Positions 1 to 11,600 of a stretch of 64,000 nucleotides of DNA are shown piece after piece. This DNA comes from an uncultured bacterium. GTDB taxonomy: Bacteria > Acidobacteriota > Thermoanaerobaculia > Multivoradales > J023. The stretch lies in the NCBI GenBank assembly GCA_937948815.1, contig CALFAM010000153.1, positions 2,212 through 66,211 on the forward strand. The letters run 5' to 3'. The position numbers and the translations under genes were made by a program. Below the pieces are notes generated by a model, which saw only the letters and a program-made list of their open reading frames with translations, did no database searches and had not been told where the DNA came from. The first letter of the stretch is position 1, and every line of letters begins with the position of its first letter.

Positions 1-2151
1 TTCGTCGCGCTCTATCGCGAGGCGCGGTCGCAGGCCGCCGACCTTGCGCAGCGTTCGGGACTCGCCCGGGATGCCGTCAGCCAAGTGCTGTCCGGGATCC
101 AGGACCCGGCCCGCCTGGCCGATTTGGTGGCCGGCTACCTCGATCTTCCCGTGGCCGAACGCCAAGCCCTGCTCGAGACCCTGTCGGTCGAGGAGCGCTT
201 GCGCCGTGTGCTCATTCACATCGAGCGGCAGCTCAGTGTGATGGAGGCGCAGGAGGATCTGAAGAATCAGGTCCAGGAAGAGATTGGAGATCGGCAGCGG
301 GAGATTTACCTGCGCGAGCAGCTCAAGGCGATTCAGAACGAGCTGGGCGAAGGCGACGACAACGAAGAGGTCGACGAGCTGGCCGCCACCCTGGCTGCCC
401 TGCCCCTGCCCGCCGAGGCGCGCAAGGAGGTCGACCGTGAGCTGAAGCGGCTCGGGCGGATCAACCGCGAGGCCATGGAATACCAGGTGATCCGGACCTT
501 CCTCGAGACGGTCGCGGAGCTGCCTTGGGCGGAACGCAGCGACGAGCAGCTCGACATCGCTCTCGCTGGCGACGTGTTGGACGAGGACCACTACGGCCTC
601 GAGGACGTCAAAGAGCGGATTCTCGAATTTCTCGCCGTTCGCCAGCTGCGCTTGTCCCGGGCTGCCGAGGCCGAAGAGCCGGAGGCGGACGATGCGGTGG
701 CGGCCGAGGCGCAGCAGGGAGCGTCATCTGACGAGCCATCGGCTGGGGACGCTGACGCCGAAGCGGGCAAGAGCGACGATGCCCCGAATGCGCGCTCGAC
801 CAAGGGGCCGATCCTGCTCTTCACCGGCCCACCCGGCGTCGGCAAGACCTCGCTTGCGAAGTCGATCGCGCGTGCCATGGGCCGCGAGTACGTGCGTATC
901 TCCCTCGGCGGAGCGCGCGACGAGGCCGATATTCGTGGCCACCGGCGCACCTACGTCGGCGCCATGCCAGGGCGCATTATCCAGGGCATGAAGAACGCCG
1001 GTACCAAGAACCCGGTCTTCCTGCTCGACGAGATCGACAAGCTGGGCGCTTCGTTCCATGGCGATCCGGCAGCTGCCCTGCTCGAAGTGCTCGATCCGGC
1101 GCAGAACGACTCCTTTACCGATCACTATCTGGGCCTGCCCTTCGATCTCTCGGAGGTGCTGTTCATCTGCACGGCGAACTTCGTCCAGAATCTCCCTGGG
1201 CCGTTGCTCGACCGCATGGAGATGGTCGAATTCGACGGCTACACCGAGGGCGAGAAGCTGAAGATCGCCGAGCAGTACCTGGTGCCGCGTCAGCTCGAGG
1301 AGAATGGCCTGGTCGCGGACGAGATCACCCTCACCAACGGGGCCCTCGGAAAGGTCATCACTGCGTATACGCGGGAGTCGGGCGTACGCCAGCTCGAGCG
1401 TGAGATCGGCCGACTGGCGCGCAAGGTGGCGCGCAAGATCGCCGCGCAGGAGGTGGAGCAGGTCGAGGTCGACCCGGAAATGGTCGGCGAGCTTCTCGGC
1501 CGCCCGAAGGTGCATCCGGAAGTGATGGCGGCGGCCGACCAGATCGGCGTGGCCACGGGCATGTACTACACACCCGCGGGCGGCGACATCATGTTCGTCG
1601 AGGTCCGCGGCATGAAGGGCAAGGGAAATCTGAGGCTGACCGGCCAGATGGGCGATGTGATGAAGGAGTCAGCCTACGCGGCATGGTCCTACGCCCGGGC
1701 AAATGCCGAATCGCTCGGTGTCGATCCGGAGGATTTCGAGCGCGACCTGCACATTCACGTGCCGGCGGGCGCGATTCCCAAGGACGGACCCTCGGCGGGC
1801 GTTGCCATGGCAACCGCTGTGGTGTCGAGCCTGTCCAGTCGGCCGGCCCGGCACGATGTCGCCATGACCGGCGAGATCACGCTGTCCGGGCGGGTGCTAC
1901 CGATCGGCGGCGTCAAGGAGAAGATCCTCGGCGGCGTTCGGGCTGGCATTCGGACCTTCATCCTGCCCAAGGCCAACGAGCGCGATCTCGAAGATCTGCC
2001 CCAGGAGGTGCGCGACGGCATCGAGGTCATGGCCGTCGCCGAGCTGAGTGAGGTGCTGAGCAAGGCCCTTCGCGACGCCAGCTTCCGCGGCGGTCGACTG
2101 GTCTTCGACGAAGACGGTCGTTCTGCGTCGCGTGGCCTGGTCGAGAACTAA
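1..2151 (+). CDS. lon: ATP-dependent Lon protease (5' end lies outside the window)
   Basis: Frame 1 is open from base 1 with no start in the window. Motifs: Walker [10 protein letters not shown], Lon proteolytic serine [14 protein letters not shown], downstream Lys in [10 protein letters not shown]. An acidic low-complexity insert precedes the Walker A. Stop is TAA 2149-2151. Confidence 0.95.
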   Translation, partial: FVALYREARSQAADLAQRSGLARDAVSQVLSGIQDPARLADLVAGYLDLPVAERQALLETLSVEERLRRVLIHIERQLSVMEAQEDLKNQVQEEIGDRQREIYLREQLKAIQNELGEGDDNEEVDELAATLAALPLPAEARKEVDRELKRLGRINREAMEYQVIRTFLETVAELPWAERSDEQLDIALAGDVLDEDHYGLEDVKERILEFLAVRQLRLSRAAEAEEPEADDAVAAEAQQGASSDEPSAGDADAEAGKSDDAPNARSTKGPILLFTGPPGVGKTSLAKSIARAMGREYVRISLGGARDEADIRGHRRTYVGAMPGRIIQGMKNAGTKNPVFLLDEIDKLGASFHGDPAAALLEVLDPAQNDSFTDHYLGLPFDLSEVLFICTANFVQNLPGPLLDRMEMVEFDGYTEGEKLKIAEQYLVPRQLEENGLVADEITLTNGALGKVITAYTRESGVRQLEREIGRLARKVARKIAAQEVEQVEVDPEMVGELLGRPKVHPEVMAAADQIGVATGMYYTPAGGDIMFVEVRGMKGKGNLRLTGQMGDVMKESAYAAWSYARANAESLGVDPEDFERDLHIHVPAGAIPKDGPSAGVAMATAVVSSLSSRPARHDVAMTGEITLSGRVLPIGGVKEKILGGVRAGIRTFILPKANERDLEDLPQEVRDGIEVMAVAELSEVLSKALRDASFRGGRLVFDEDGRSASRGLVEN

Positions 2152-2239
2152 CGAAACGATCCATCGGCGCGCTTGGCTTCTTGCGGGGTTCGTCCTCGCG
2201 AGGCCCGGCGCGCTTTTCCGTTGAGGAGGCTTGCCGTCC

Positions 2240-3217
2240 ATGCGTGCCGTCTTGCCCTACGACCCTCGCCAGCCAGCGTCAACGCCGCGCATCGGAGAGC
2301 TACCCGATCCCGTGGTCGGTCGGGACGAGGTGCTGATCCAGGTGCGGGCGACTGCGCTCAATCGGGCCGACCTCCTGCAGCTTCGCGGTCTGTATCCACC
2401 ACCGCCCGGCGAGAGCGAGGTGCCCGGGCTGGAGTGTGCGGGCGATGTCGTGGCGGTTGGCTCTTCGGTCGAAGGATGGTCCGTCGGTGACCGCGTAATG
2501 GCGCTGCTCGCGGGTGGCGGCCAAGCCGAGCGCGTCGCTTGTCCAGCAGGCCAGCTCATGCCCATTCCGCCGCAGCTGTCCTACACCGATGGCGCGGCGT
2601 TGCCGGAAGCCGCGCTCACGGCGTGGACCAACCTGGTGGTCGAAGGGCACCTGGAGAATGGCAAGTCGGTTCTGATCACGGGTGCCACGTCGGGCATCGG
2701 CACGTTTGCGGTTCAGCTCGCACGCTGCTGCGGCGCCGAGGTGGTCGCCGCCGGCCGTAGCCTCGAGCGGTTGGACCTCCTGCGGACGCTCGGCGCGACC
2801 CACTGCGTCGTGTTGGCGGATGGCATGCCCGAGGCTGTCCGCAACGCGACCGAGGGGCGTGGTGCGGATGTGGCGATGGATCTGGTCGGTGGTCGCTGGC
2901 TACCCGCGACCCTCGCATCCCTTGCTGACGGCGGTCGCCTGATCCTGGTCGGCTTGATGGCCGGGCGTCGGGCCGAGCTCGATCTCGGTGAGGTTCTGCG
3001 CCGCCGTCTGACGCTTCGTGGCTCCGTCCTGCGGAGCCGATCGCGCCATGAGAAGCGTGAGCTGGTTGCCGGCTTTCGTGCGTTTGCTGACGAGCGACTG
3101 GCGGACGGCAGCCTGATGCCGGTGGTCGACCACGTGGCTCCTTTCGACCGAATCGCCGCCGCCTACCAGCACATGGCCGACGGCAGCCAGCTTGGGAAGA
3201 TCGTCATCGAATTCTGA
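2240..3217 (+). CDS. NAD(P)H:quinone oxidoreductase, zeta-crystallin/MDR family
   Basis: MRAVL... N-terminus. Motifs ALNRADLLQLRGLYPPPPG and the nucleotide-binding ITGATSGIGTFAVQLA are typical of Qor/PIG3-type MDRs. GAGGAGG lies at 2223-2229. The ORF track starts at TTG 2231; ATG 2240 is preferred. Confidence 0.85.
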   Translation: MRAVLPYDPRQPASTPRIGELPDPVVGRDEVLIQVRATALNRADLLQLRGLYPPPPGESEVPGLECAGDVVAVGSSVEGWSVGDRVMALLAGGGQAERVACPAGQLMPIPPQLSYTDGAALPEAALTAWTNLVVEGHLENGKSVLITGATSGIGTFAVQLARCCGAEVVAAGRSLERLDLLRTLGATHCVVLADGMPEAVRNATEGRGADVAMDLVGGRWLPATLASLADGGRLILVGLMAGRRAELDLGEVLRRRLTLRGSVLRSRSRHEKRELVAGFRAFADERLADGSLMPVVDHVAPFDRIAAAYQHMADGSQLGKIVIEF

Positions 3218-3240
3218 GCCCGGCGAGATCGACGCCAGCG

Positions 3241-5946
3241 CTATTCGGTGCGCAGGGTATCGACTGGATCGAGTCGGCTGGCGCGACGGGCCGGCAGGTA
3301 GACCGCAATCAGCGCGGCCAGGGCGAGGAGCAGCGCGGTCGTCCCGACGATCCGCAGATCGAATGTCTGGAGCTGGAAGAGGTAGCTCTCGAGGAAGCGT
3401 GCGCTGGCGCGCGCGCCGAACGTGCCGAACAGCAAGCCGGCCGCGGTGATCACGACGCCAGACCGGCCGAGCCACCGAAGGATCTGGCTGCGCCGGGCAC
3501 CGAGGGCCAGCCGCACCCCGATCTCACGGGTGCGTTCGGCTGCCAGTGAGCTCATCACGCTGTAGACGCCGATCAACGCCAGCAGCAGCGCCGAACCCGC
3601 AAACACCGTCAGGACACGCATGCGCAGCCGAGGCAGCGCGAGCTGGCGATCGAGTCGTGCGCCGAGGCTGGCGAGCCCGGTGACCGGGACCGCTGGGTCT
3701 ATGGCGCGGACCATGTCGGGGATCGCTGCAGCGAGCGCGGCAGTACCTGACTCGGTGCGCACCAACAGGCTTGCGAAAGGCCACTCCTCGCTGCCTTCCC
3801 CGAGTGGCTCGAAGACCATGGGGGCCATCGGTCGAACCAGGGAATAGGGGCGGATGTCGGGCACCACGCCGACGATCTCCAGGCTGCGCTTACGGTGATC
3901 CTGCCCGACGTCGATTGTGCGTCCGAGCGCGGCACTGGCCTCGCCGAAATGGGTCCTTGCCAGGGTGGCGTTGACCACCGCCACCCGCGACGGGCCGACC
4001 TCGTCCCGTGTCTGGAGTGTGCGACCGACCATGGCGCGGAGGCCGAGGAGCTCGAAGAAGCCGTCGCTCACCACCTGAACGTCGACCACCCGCGCATCCT
4101 CAGGGGTGGCGGGCTCCGGTGTGCCGGCCACCACGAGGCGCTCGCCGATGTGCCCGCCGCCGAAGGGCGCTGTGGCCGTGAACGCCACGTCGCGCGTGCC
4201 CGGGAGGGCGCGCAGCCGCTCTTCGGTAGCGCGAAAGAAGGCACGGCCCTTCTCCGTGGAGTCGTAGGCGTTGCCGAGTGCCGGGCGAAAAGTCAGCACC
4301 TGATGCGTATCGAGCCCGGTCTCGACAGCGCTGAGCCGCGCCAGGCTGATCGTCAAGAGGCTGGCACTGGAAAGCAGCATGGTGGCGAGCGCAATCTGCG
4401 AAACCGCCATGAGGGTGCGCAGCCGATGGCGGCGCGTGCCCCCCAGAATCCCACGACCCTCGCCGCCGAGGTGGCTGCCGGCCCGTGGTCGTGACGCACG
4501 CAGGGCGGGCAGCAGGCCGACAACGGCACCGACCGTCACGGAGAGCGCGAACGCAAAGGCAAACACCCACAGGTGGATGCCGGGGTTGCCGCCCCGGGGC
4601 AGCTGGTCGGAGGCGAGGGCCAGCAATCCGCGCTCGACCGCGACCATGACGACCAGGCCGAGCACACCACCGAGCAGGCCGAGGAGCACGGTTTCGGTCA
4701 GCACCAGTCGAATCAGCCGCGCGCGGTCCGCACCGAGGGCGGCACGCAGCGACATTTCGTGCTCACGGGCGGCGGCGCGGCCGAGCACCAGGTTTACGAC
4801 GTTGACGCAGCCGATGGCGAGCACGCCGGCAACAGCCAGCACGAAGAGCATCAACTGCGGCCGAATCTCGCCGACCAGGCTTTCGAGAAAGGGTTGGCTG
4901 GCCAGGCCGATCGTCCCCGATCGCCCCGGCGCGCCGGTTGGCACTTCGAGTCGAATCCCGCCGAGGCGTGCATGCGCAGCTTCCTCGTCTTCCTGGGGTT
5001 TCAACCTGCCAACCATCGACAAGTAATGAGAGGTCGGCTGTCTCGGCATGCCTGCCATCGACCGCCAGAAGCGAATCGCGGGGTCGGGAAAGACGAAACC
5101 CTGCGGCATGACGCCGACCACCTCGGTCGACTGCTCGCCGATCTCGATGAGCCGACCGACGACATGAGGGTCGCCGCCAAAGCGTTCCTGCCACAGGCCA
5201 TGGCTGAGCACCACGGTCGGGGCGGCCTCGGCAACATCGTCGTCGGTTTGTAGCAAACGACCGGTCGTCGGAGAGACACCGAGCGCGCGGAAGACCGCAG
5301 ACGAGGCGACCGCGCCGGTCATTCTCTCGGCGCCACTGCCGAGATCGACGGTCGACGAGCGAACGCTGTAGCCACCGAGACCCGTGGTCGCATCCTCGAT
5401 GTCGCGGATCGCCTCGAATACCGGATAGGACACCGAGCCGCGGGTGCGCCCGAGATCGGGCAAGAAGGCCTGCATGCTGACCAAACGGTCGCTCTCCGGA
5501 TAGGGCAACGGTGCCAGCAGTACGCCTTGGACGAGTCCAAAAATTGCGCTCGCGGCTCCGATTCCGATCGCCAGGGTCGCGGCAGCAGCGAGCGTCCAGC
5601 CGGGGCGGCGGCAGAGACTGCGGTAGGCGTGGCGGAGATCTCGGGTGAAGGAATCCATGGGGTGGCTCCGGGGAGGTTGCGGCCGAGAGACGGCTGGATC
5701 GATGATGCGATGCTGGTGCCGCAGGCGAGCCGCGACGCTGACGAGGTCGAGGATCGCTGCGGGCCAGAAACGCAGACCACCGAGGCGCCCTTGGAAGCGC
5801 TTCTCGCGGCGTTCCTCACGAAGATGGAGCACCAACTGGTGGCCGTAGCGATGCCGAAAACGGGTCGGCAAGAGTTGCAGCAGGATCGCGATCAGTGGTT
5901 TGGGCTGCAATCCCTCGGTGGACCGCTTGCTGGGCACGCGGCTCAT
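3241..5946 (-). CDS. Duplicated FtsX/MacB-type ABC permease (ADOP-like) with a PadR-associated N-terminal prefix
   Basis: The family-typical N-terminal segment MDSFTRDLRHAYRSLCRRPGWTLAAAATLAIG is preceded by a LLQLLPTRFRHRYGHQLV prefix. There are two MacB-like periplasmic/FtsX halves. ATG 5946 overlaps the PadR stop (ATGA at 5943-5946), so the longer 6120 start is rejected. Confidence 0.8.
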   Translation of the reverse strand: MSRVPSKRSTEGLQPKPLIAILLQLLPTRFRHRYGHQLVLHLREERREKRFQGRLGGLRFWPAAILDLVSVAARLRHQHRIIDPAVSRPQPPRSHPMDSFTRDLRHAYRSLCRRPGWTLAAAATLAIGIGAASAIFGLVQGVLLAPLPYPESDRLVSMQAFLPDLGRTRGSVSYPVFEAIRDIEDATTGLGGYSVRSSTVDLGSGAERMTGAVASSAVFRALGVSPTTGRLLQTDDDVAEAAPTVVLSHGLWQERFGGDPHVVGRLIEIGEQSTEVVGVMPQGFVFPDPAIRFWRSMAGMPRQPTSHYLSMVGRLKPQEDEEAAHARLGGIRLEVPTGAPGRSGTIGLASQPFLESLVGEIRPQLMLFVLAVAGVLAIGCVNVVNLVLGRAAAREHEMSLRAALGADRARLIRLVLTETVLLGLLGGVLGLVVMVAVERGLLALASDQLPRGGNPGIHLWVFAFAFALSVTVGAVVGLLPALRASRPRAGSHLGGEGRGILGGTRRHRLRTLMAVSQIALATMLLSSASLLTISLARLSAVETGLDTHQVLTFRPALGNAYDSTEKGRAFFRATEERLRALPGTRDVAFTATAPFGGGHIGERLVVAGTPEPATPEDARVVDVQVVSDGFFELLGLRAMVGRTLQTRDEVGPSRVAVVNATLARTHFGEASAALGRTIDVGQDHRKRSLEIVGVVPDIRPYSLVRPMAPMVFEPLGEGSEEWPFASLLVRTESGTAALAAAIPDMVRAIDPAVPVTGLASLGARLDRQLALPRLRMRVLTVFAGSALLLALIGVYSVMSSLAAERTREIGVRLALGARRSQILRWLGRSGVVITAAGLLFGTFGARASARFLESYLFQLQTFDLRIVGTTALLLALAALIAVYLPARRASRLDPVDTLRTE

Positions 5947-6296
5947 GGCGTGTCCCGGCTCAGGGCCAGCCCGCGGTTCCGCGCGTGGCGGACAATCGCG
6001 TCCATGCGTGCCAATTCGTGACGAAGAACCTGCCGGCCGGTGTCGGTCAGTCGATAGAAGCGCCAGCGCGAGGTCGCACCATCGTCCGTGTCCGAAGGTG
6101 GATCGACCTCTTCGATCCATCTGCGCTGGTCGAGTCGGTGCAAGGCCTCGTAGAGGGTGGCGGCACGCATTCGTGTGCGCCCCTCGGTCCGCTCCTCGAT
6201 GACATGCTTGATGCCATAGCCATGGGCTGGACCATCGAGCAGCGAGAGCAAGATCTCGACCGCGGCGGGTGGCAAGGGTTTGCGATCGGTGGCCAT
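5943..6296 (-). CDS. PadR family transcriptional regulator
   Basis: LSLLDGPAHGYGIKHVIEERTEG...TLYEALHRLDQRRWIEE is a PadR winged-HTH signature. The gene is translationally coupled to the downstream permease. Start is ATG 6296 (MATDRK) or ATG 6326. Confidence 0.85.
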   Translation of the reverse strand: MATDRKPLPPAAVEILLSLLDGPAHGYGIKHVIEERTEGRTRMRAATLYEALHRLDQRRWIEEVDPPSDTDDGATSRWRFYRLTDTGRQVLRHELARMDAIVRHARNRGLALSRDTP

Positions 6297-6406
6297 GGTT
6301 TTCTCGTTGCGGTGCGCGTTGTGCAAGCCTTGTCGGTTTCCGATGATCGGCTACCGTACTATGGTACGTGTTGGTCCGCCGCGGGTTTCAGCGATAGTCT
6401 GCCGCC

Positions 6407-7111
6407 ATGGCAAACGAACGAGTAGCGATCATCACCGCCGCCGGGCGAGGCATGGGTGCAGCCTGCGCCGAGGAGCTGCACCGAAAGGGATACAAAGTCG
6501 CGCTGCTCTCGACTTCCGAGGCAGCGCGCAAGCTGGCCTATCGCCTGGACGGAATCGGTTTGCGCGGGTCGGTCGTCGTCCCCGGCGATCTCGAGAAGCT
6601 GGTGCAGGAAACCCTCGACACCTGGGGGCGCATCGACGCCGTGGTCAACAACACGGGTCATCCGCCGAAGGGTGAGCTGCTCGAGCTCGAGGATGCCGAC
6701 TGGCACGCGGCTCTCGACCTCGTGGTGCTCAACGTCGTGCGCATGGCGCGCCTGGTGACGCCAACCATGGTCGAGCAGGGGCACGGTGCGTTCGTCAATA
6801 TTTCAACCTTCGCCGCCTTCGAGCCCGAGCCGGCCTTTCCGCTCTCCGCGGCGCTGCGGGCGGCACTCGGCAGCTTTGCCAAGCTCTACGCCGATCGCTA
6901 CGCCAAGCACGGAATCCGGATGAACAACGTGCTTCCTGGATTCATCGACAGCTATCCCGAGGACGCGGCCACGGTCGCGCGGATTCCGATGGGGCGCTTC
7001 GGAACGGTCGAAGAGGTCGCCAAGACCGTCGCCTTCCTGCTCTCCAGCGACGCTGGCTACGTGACGGGCCAGAACGTCCGCGTCGATGGCAGCCTGACGC
7101 GCTCCGTCTAG
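6407..7111 (+). CDS. Short-chain dehydrogenase/reductase family protein (atypical catalytic motif)
   Basis: Rossmann motif VAIITAAGRGMGAA, then NNTG and IRMNNVLPG. Where YxxxK is expected the sequence reads S-A-A-L-R. Confidence 0.8.
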   Translation: MANERVAIITAAGRGMGAACAEELHRKGYKVALLSTSEAARKLAYRLDGIGLRGSVVVPGDLEKLVQETLDTWGRIDAVVNNTGHPPKGELLELEDADWHAALDLVVLNVVRMARLVTPTMVEQGHGAFVNISTFAAFEPEPAFPLSAALRAALGSFAKLYADRYAKHGIRMNNVLPGFIDSYPEDAATVARIPMGRFGTVEEVAKTVAFLLSSDAGYVTGQNVRVDGSLTRSV

Positions 7112-7134
7112 GCTGCTGTGACGACCGGGGCAGC

Positions 7135-8391
7135 ATGAGCTGGAACAGCTGGGCACTCGCCGTGCTGGCAGCCTTGGTGGCTGCGTACCTGGTGGACCTG
7201 ATCGCGGATGTGCTGCACTGGCGCTCCACGCGTGACCGACCGCCGCCACGGCTCGCCAATCTCTACGACACGGGCGACTATCAGAAGTCTCAGGCACACG
7301 CGCGTGCCAGCACCCTGGCGGGAATCGTCCGCGGCACGGTCGAGCTGGCGGCTGTGCTCGGGTTCTGGTTTGCCGGCGGCTTCGGGTGGCTGGATCAGCT
7401 CGTCGCGGCATGGGGCCTCCCAATGCCCTGGGACGGACTGCTATTCCTGGGGCTGATGGTCGTCGGGCAACTCGCGCTTTCCCTGCCGTTCTCGATCTGG
7501 GACACCTTTTGGCTCGAAGCGCAGTTCGGCTTCAACCGCACCAGCGTGCGCACCTTCGTGCTCGACGGCCTCAAGACGCTCGTACTGATGGCCCTGCTCG
7601 GTGCGCCATTCGCCGCGCTGGTCCTGATCTTCTTCACCCGCGCCGGTAGCCACGGGTGGTGGATGGCCTGGCTGGTCGCATCGGTGGCGAGCGTGATCAT
7701 GCAGCGCCTGATGCCGCGCTTTGTCCTGCCCCTCTTCTTGCGCTTCGAGCCCCTGCCCGACGGCAGCTTGCGGCAGGCGATCGAGCGTTGGGCGCGCCAG
7801 GTCGGTCTTCGCCTGGACGGGCTCTTCGTGGTCGACGGCTCGCGCCGGTCCAGTCGGGCGAACGCCTTTGTCTCCGGCTCGGGTCGGAGCGCGCGCATTG
7901 CGCTTTTCGACACCTTGGTCGATCGCATGCCCGAGGATGAAACCGTGGCCGTATTGGCCCACGAGGTCGGACACGATCGGCTCGGTCACATCACGAAAGG
8001 CACCGTGCTCGCCATCGTGCACCTGGGCGCGATGTTCTTTCTGCTCGGTGTCGTGCTCGCGCAGGCAGGGCTGTACCAAGCCTTCGGCACCGCGCCATCA
8101 GCCCATGCCGGACTGGTCTTCTTCGCGTTGCTCGCGCGCCCCGCCGAGCTCATCTTGGGTGCAGCGTCGGGTGCGTTGTCGCGACGATTCGAATTCGAAG
8201 CGGATCGCTACGCTGCCGAGTCTGCGGGTGCCGCGCCGATGATTCGTGCGCTCGAGTCCCTGGGCCGCGACAACCTCGTCAACCTCACGCCACACCCATT
8301 TCGGGTTGCGCTCTACGACAGCCACCCACCCCTCGCTGAGCGAATTGCGGCGCTAGATCGATCGATCCAATCGGAGATTCCGATTCGATAG
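7135..8391 (+). CDS. M48 family zinc metalloprotease (Ste24/CAAX-protease-like, multi-pass membrane)
   Basis: Several N-terminal TM segments, the HEVGH zinc motif in AVLAHEVGHDRLGH, and a C-terminal FEFEADRYA...HPPLAERI typical of M48A. Confidence 0.85.
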   Translation: MSWNSWALAVLAALVAAYLVDLIADVLHWRSTRDRPPPRLANLYDTGDYQKSQAHARASTLAGIVRGTVELAAVLGFWFAGGFGWLDQLVAAWGLPMPWDGLLFLGLMVVGQLALSLPFSIWDTFWLEAQFGFNRTSVRTFVLDGLKTLVLMALLGAPFAALVLIFFTRAGSHGWWMAWLVASVASVIMQRLMPRFVLPLFLRFEPLPDGSLRQAIERWARQVGLRLDGLFVVDGSRRSSRANAFVSGSGRSARIALFDTLVDRMPEDETVAVLAHEVGHDRLGHITKGTVLAIVHLGAMFFLLGVVLAQAGLYQAFGTAPSAHAGLVFFALLARPAELILGAASGALSRRFEFEADRYAAESAGAAPMIRALESLGRDNLVNLTPHPFRVALYDSHPPLAERIAALDRSIQSEIPIR

Positions 8392-8519
8392 CGCGTGGTC
8401 GCACCGCGCGCCTTTCCGCGCTCCTGTCTTCGTTTCTCGGTTCCAGGTTGCCTTGCGCTGGCAGCAGTCGATGGTGACGATCGTGCCATCGAACCGAGGT
8501 GCTGCGTGCATCAGGTGGT

Positions 8520-8641
8520 GAGCCACGAATCTACGCTATCGTTAGATTTATGAAGATATGGCTTTTAATATCGAGAAACGTGTGGAGTTGTTAAAAAGAA
8601 ATTCGATAGAAGACTTCCGTATGAGCTAGCGGAGGTTCGCG
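8520..8641 (+). promoter_or_regulatory. AT-rich upstream region of the PKS operon with a candidate sigma70-like promoter and RBS
   Basis: There is a sharp drop in GC relative to the flanks. Candidate promoter: TTAGAT (8542-8547), 17-nt spacer, TTAATA (8565-8570). GGAGG at 8631-8635 lies 6 nt before ATG 8642. Confidence 0.35.
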
Positions 8642-11600
8642 ATGAGCGCCGGACCGACGATCCCAGGATGCATGCACGCCGACCTCGAGACGCTCGTTGA
8701 GCTGCTTCGAGAGCGAGCTCGGCAGGGCCCGGAACAGCTTGCCATGCGCTTTCTCCTCGATGGAGAAAGCGAGGTTGCCGAGGTCAGCTACGCCGAGCTG
8801 GACGCGCGAGCACGGGCGATTGCCGCACACCTCCAAGCGCGCGCCCCCCAGGGCGAGTGCGTGCTGCTGCTCATGCCACCGGGGCTCGACTATGTGGCGT
8901 CGTTCTTCGGCTGCCTCTATGCCGGGGTGATTGCCGTACCGGCCTACCCACCGTTGAGCAAGCGCCAGATGGGGCGTGTTCAGGAGGTCGTGAACGACTG
9001 CGGTGCCGACCAGGCCCTGACCACGAGCTCCCTACTGCGCAAGGTCACCTCGCTCGAAGGCGACCTCTCGTGGACCGCGGTCGATACGCTTCCTTCCTCG
9101 CAGGCCGATGCTTGGCGCGCGCCGGCGATCAGGCCCGATACCCGAGCGTTCTTGCAGTACACCTCGGGATCCACGTCGCAGCCCAAGGGCGTCATCCTCA
9201 GCCACGCGAACCTGCTGCACAACTCGCGCTGCATCCACACCTGCTTCGACCACAATGCCGCCAGCCGCGGCGTGATCTGGCTTCCGCCCTACCACGACAT
9301 GGGCTTGATCGGCGGCATCATCCAGCCGGTCTACGGTGGCTTTCCGGTCACCTTGCTGGCGCCGGTCAGCTTTCTGCAGCGCCCCTTTCGATGGCTCGAG
9401 GCGATCAGCCGCTACCAGGCGACGACCAGCGGCGGTCCCAACTTCGCGTTCGAGCTGTGCGTGGCGCGTGCGCAGATGCAGCCGGAGCAGCTTTCGGATC
9501 TGGATCTCTCGTCCTGGGACCTGGCGTTCATCGGCGCCGAGCCGACGCAGCGCGCAACCATCGATCGATTCGCCGACACGTTTGCCGGCTGCGGATTCCG
9601 CCGCGAAGCTTTCTACTCCTGCTACGGCCTGGCGGAGGCCACGCTGATTGCAACCGGCGGTGCCAAGCCGACGCCGCCGGTCGTCGGCCGCTTCTCCGCC
9701 GAAGCGCTGCGCGACGGTCGGTCGTGCGTACCGGCCGCGGGCGAATCGGCGCGCGCCCTGGTCGGTTGTGGCGTCGCGGTGGAAGACACGGAAGTGGCCA
9801 TTGTCGACCCGCAGAGGAAGCGTCGAATGGCCTCCGGCTCGGTCGGCGAAATCTGGTTGCGCGGTCCGAGCATCTCGCAAGGCTACTGGCAGCGCCCGGA
9901 GGTCAGTGCGGCGGTCTTCGGGGCTGAGATCGAGGCCGAGGGCACCGCCGCCGGCCCCTACATGCGCACGGGTGACCTCGGCTTTCTCGATGATGGCGAG
10001 CTCTTCGTCACGGGGCGCATCAAAGACCTGATCATCGTCCGCGGTGCCAACCACCATCCCCAGGACATCGAGCTCACGGTCTGGCAGAGCGGCGAGGGGC
10101 TGCGCGCCGGCAGTGGTGCCGCCTTCTCGGTCGAGCGCGACGGCGAGGAGCGACTGGTCCTCGTGCAAGAGCTGGATCGCCAGATCCGCCGGCCCGATGT
10201 CGACGCCATCGCTGGTCGGGTGCGCGAAGCGATCGCCGAGCAACACGGTCTCGAGCTCGACACACTGGTGCTGATCCGCGCTGCTTCGATCAGCAAGACC
10301 TCGAGCGGCAAGATCCAGCGCCATGCGTGTCGCCAAGCCTTCCTCGAGGGGGCGCTGCGCGAGGTCGGGCGCTGGAACGCGAAGCCTTCCACCTTGGACG
10401 CCGCTGAGGAAGGCGCGGCAGGCGCCAGGGATGCCCGTGAAACCAGAAGCTCCCGTGAAACCGGCGGCTCTGAGCGCGGCTTCCAGCCCGCCATGCCGGC
10501 CGATCGCGCGTCGGCACGTGTCCGGGACGCGTTGCTGAGTTGGTTGGTCAGCGAGGTCGCGGCGGTCGCCCGGGTGGCGCCGGAGTCCGTGGATCCGCAG
10601 GCGCCTTTGGCGCGTTTCGGCCTGACGTCCAAAGACGTCGTGGCGCTCTCGGGCCGCCTCGAAGAGCGACTCGGGCGGCGGTTGTCACCGACCCTGGCGT
10701 TCGACTATCCGACGATCGAAGCACTGGCCGATCACCTGACGCAGCTTCCCGCGGGTCCGTCGGCCAAAGGCGGTGCCGCGGCAGGTCCGCCGACGGACGA
10801 TGTAGCAACCGTTGCTGAGCCAACCGCAGGAGAAGCCGCACCGATCGCGGTTGTTGGGTTGGGCTGTCGATATCCGCGAGCGGACGGCCCGGACGCCTTC
10901 GCCCGACTGCTGATCGAAGGTGTCGATGCTGTCAGCGAGGTGCCCGATGGTCGCTGGGAAGACGCGCGGGGCCTGACCACCCAATGTGGTGGCTTCCTTT
11001 CAGACGTGCGTTCGTTCGACGCCGACTTCTTCTCGGTGACGCCACGCGAAGCGCGCCACATGGACCCACAGCAGCGGCTGATGCTCGAGGTTGCGTGGGA
11101 GGCTCTCGAGCATGCCGGCATCGCTCCGGAGAGCTTGCGCGGCAGCCGTACGGGTGTTTTTGTCGGCATCAGCACCAGCGACTATGCCCGCCTGCTGTCG
11201 CGGGTACCCGGCCAGATCGACGGCTACGCGGGCACGGGCATGGCGCTGAGCATCGCGGCCAACCGGCTCTCTTTTCTGCTCGATCTGCGCGGTCCGAGCA
11301 TGGCGGTCGACACGGCATGCTCGTCGTCGCTCGTCGCGCTCCATCTCGCGTCCTCCAGCCTCCGGCACGGCGAATGCGACCTCGCCCTGGTCGCCGGCGT
11401 CAACCTGATGCTGGAATCCGATCTGACCACCGCACTTTCGGCTGCCGACATGATGGCGCCTGGCGGCCGCTGCCGCACCTTCGATGCCGCCGCCGACGGC
11501 TATGTGCGGGGCGAGGGATGCGGCGTCGTGGTGCTCGAGCGGCTGTCGGCGGCGCAGGCTCGGGGCGACCGAATTCTCGCCCAGGTTCGCGGCACGGCGA

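Noticed and set aside
2152-2239. GC-rich palindromes after lon (CCTCGCGAGG; GCGCGC...GCGCGC followed by TTTT) and after the M48 gene (~8394-8415), considered as intrinsic terminators.
   Set aside because: The stems are short or imperfect and the U-tracts weak. Without a folding-energy calculation I cannot support them as terminators.
5947-6120. Longer N-terminal extensions offered by the ORF track: permease from 6120, hydroxylase from 38566, PhnD-like from 47026, GT-C-like from 42424, PKS3 from 22454 and second PhnE-like from 50020.
   Set aside because: Each extension overlaps the preceding well-supported gene. Each also lacks an RBS, while an internal start with an RBS, a stop-start overlap or a signal peptide fits better.
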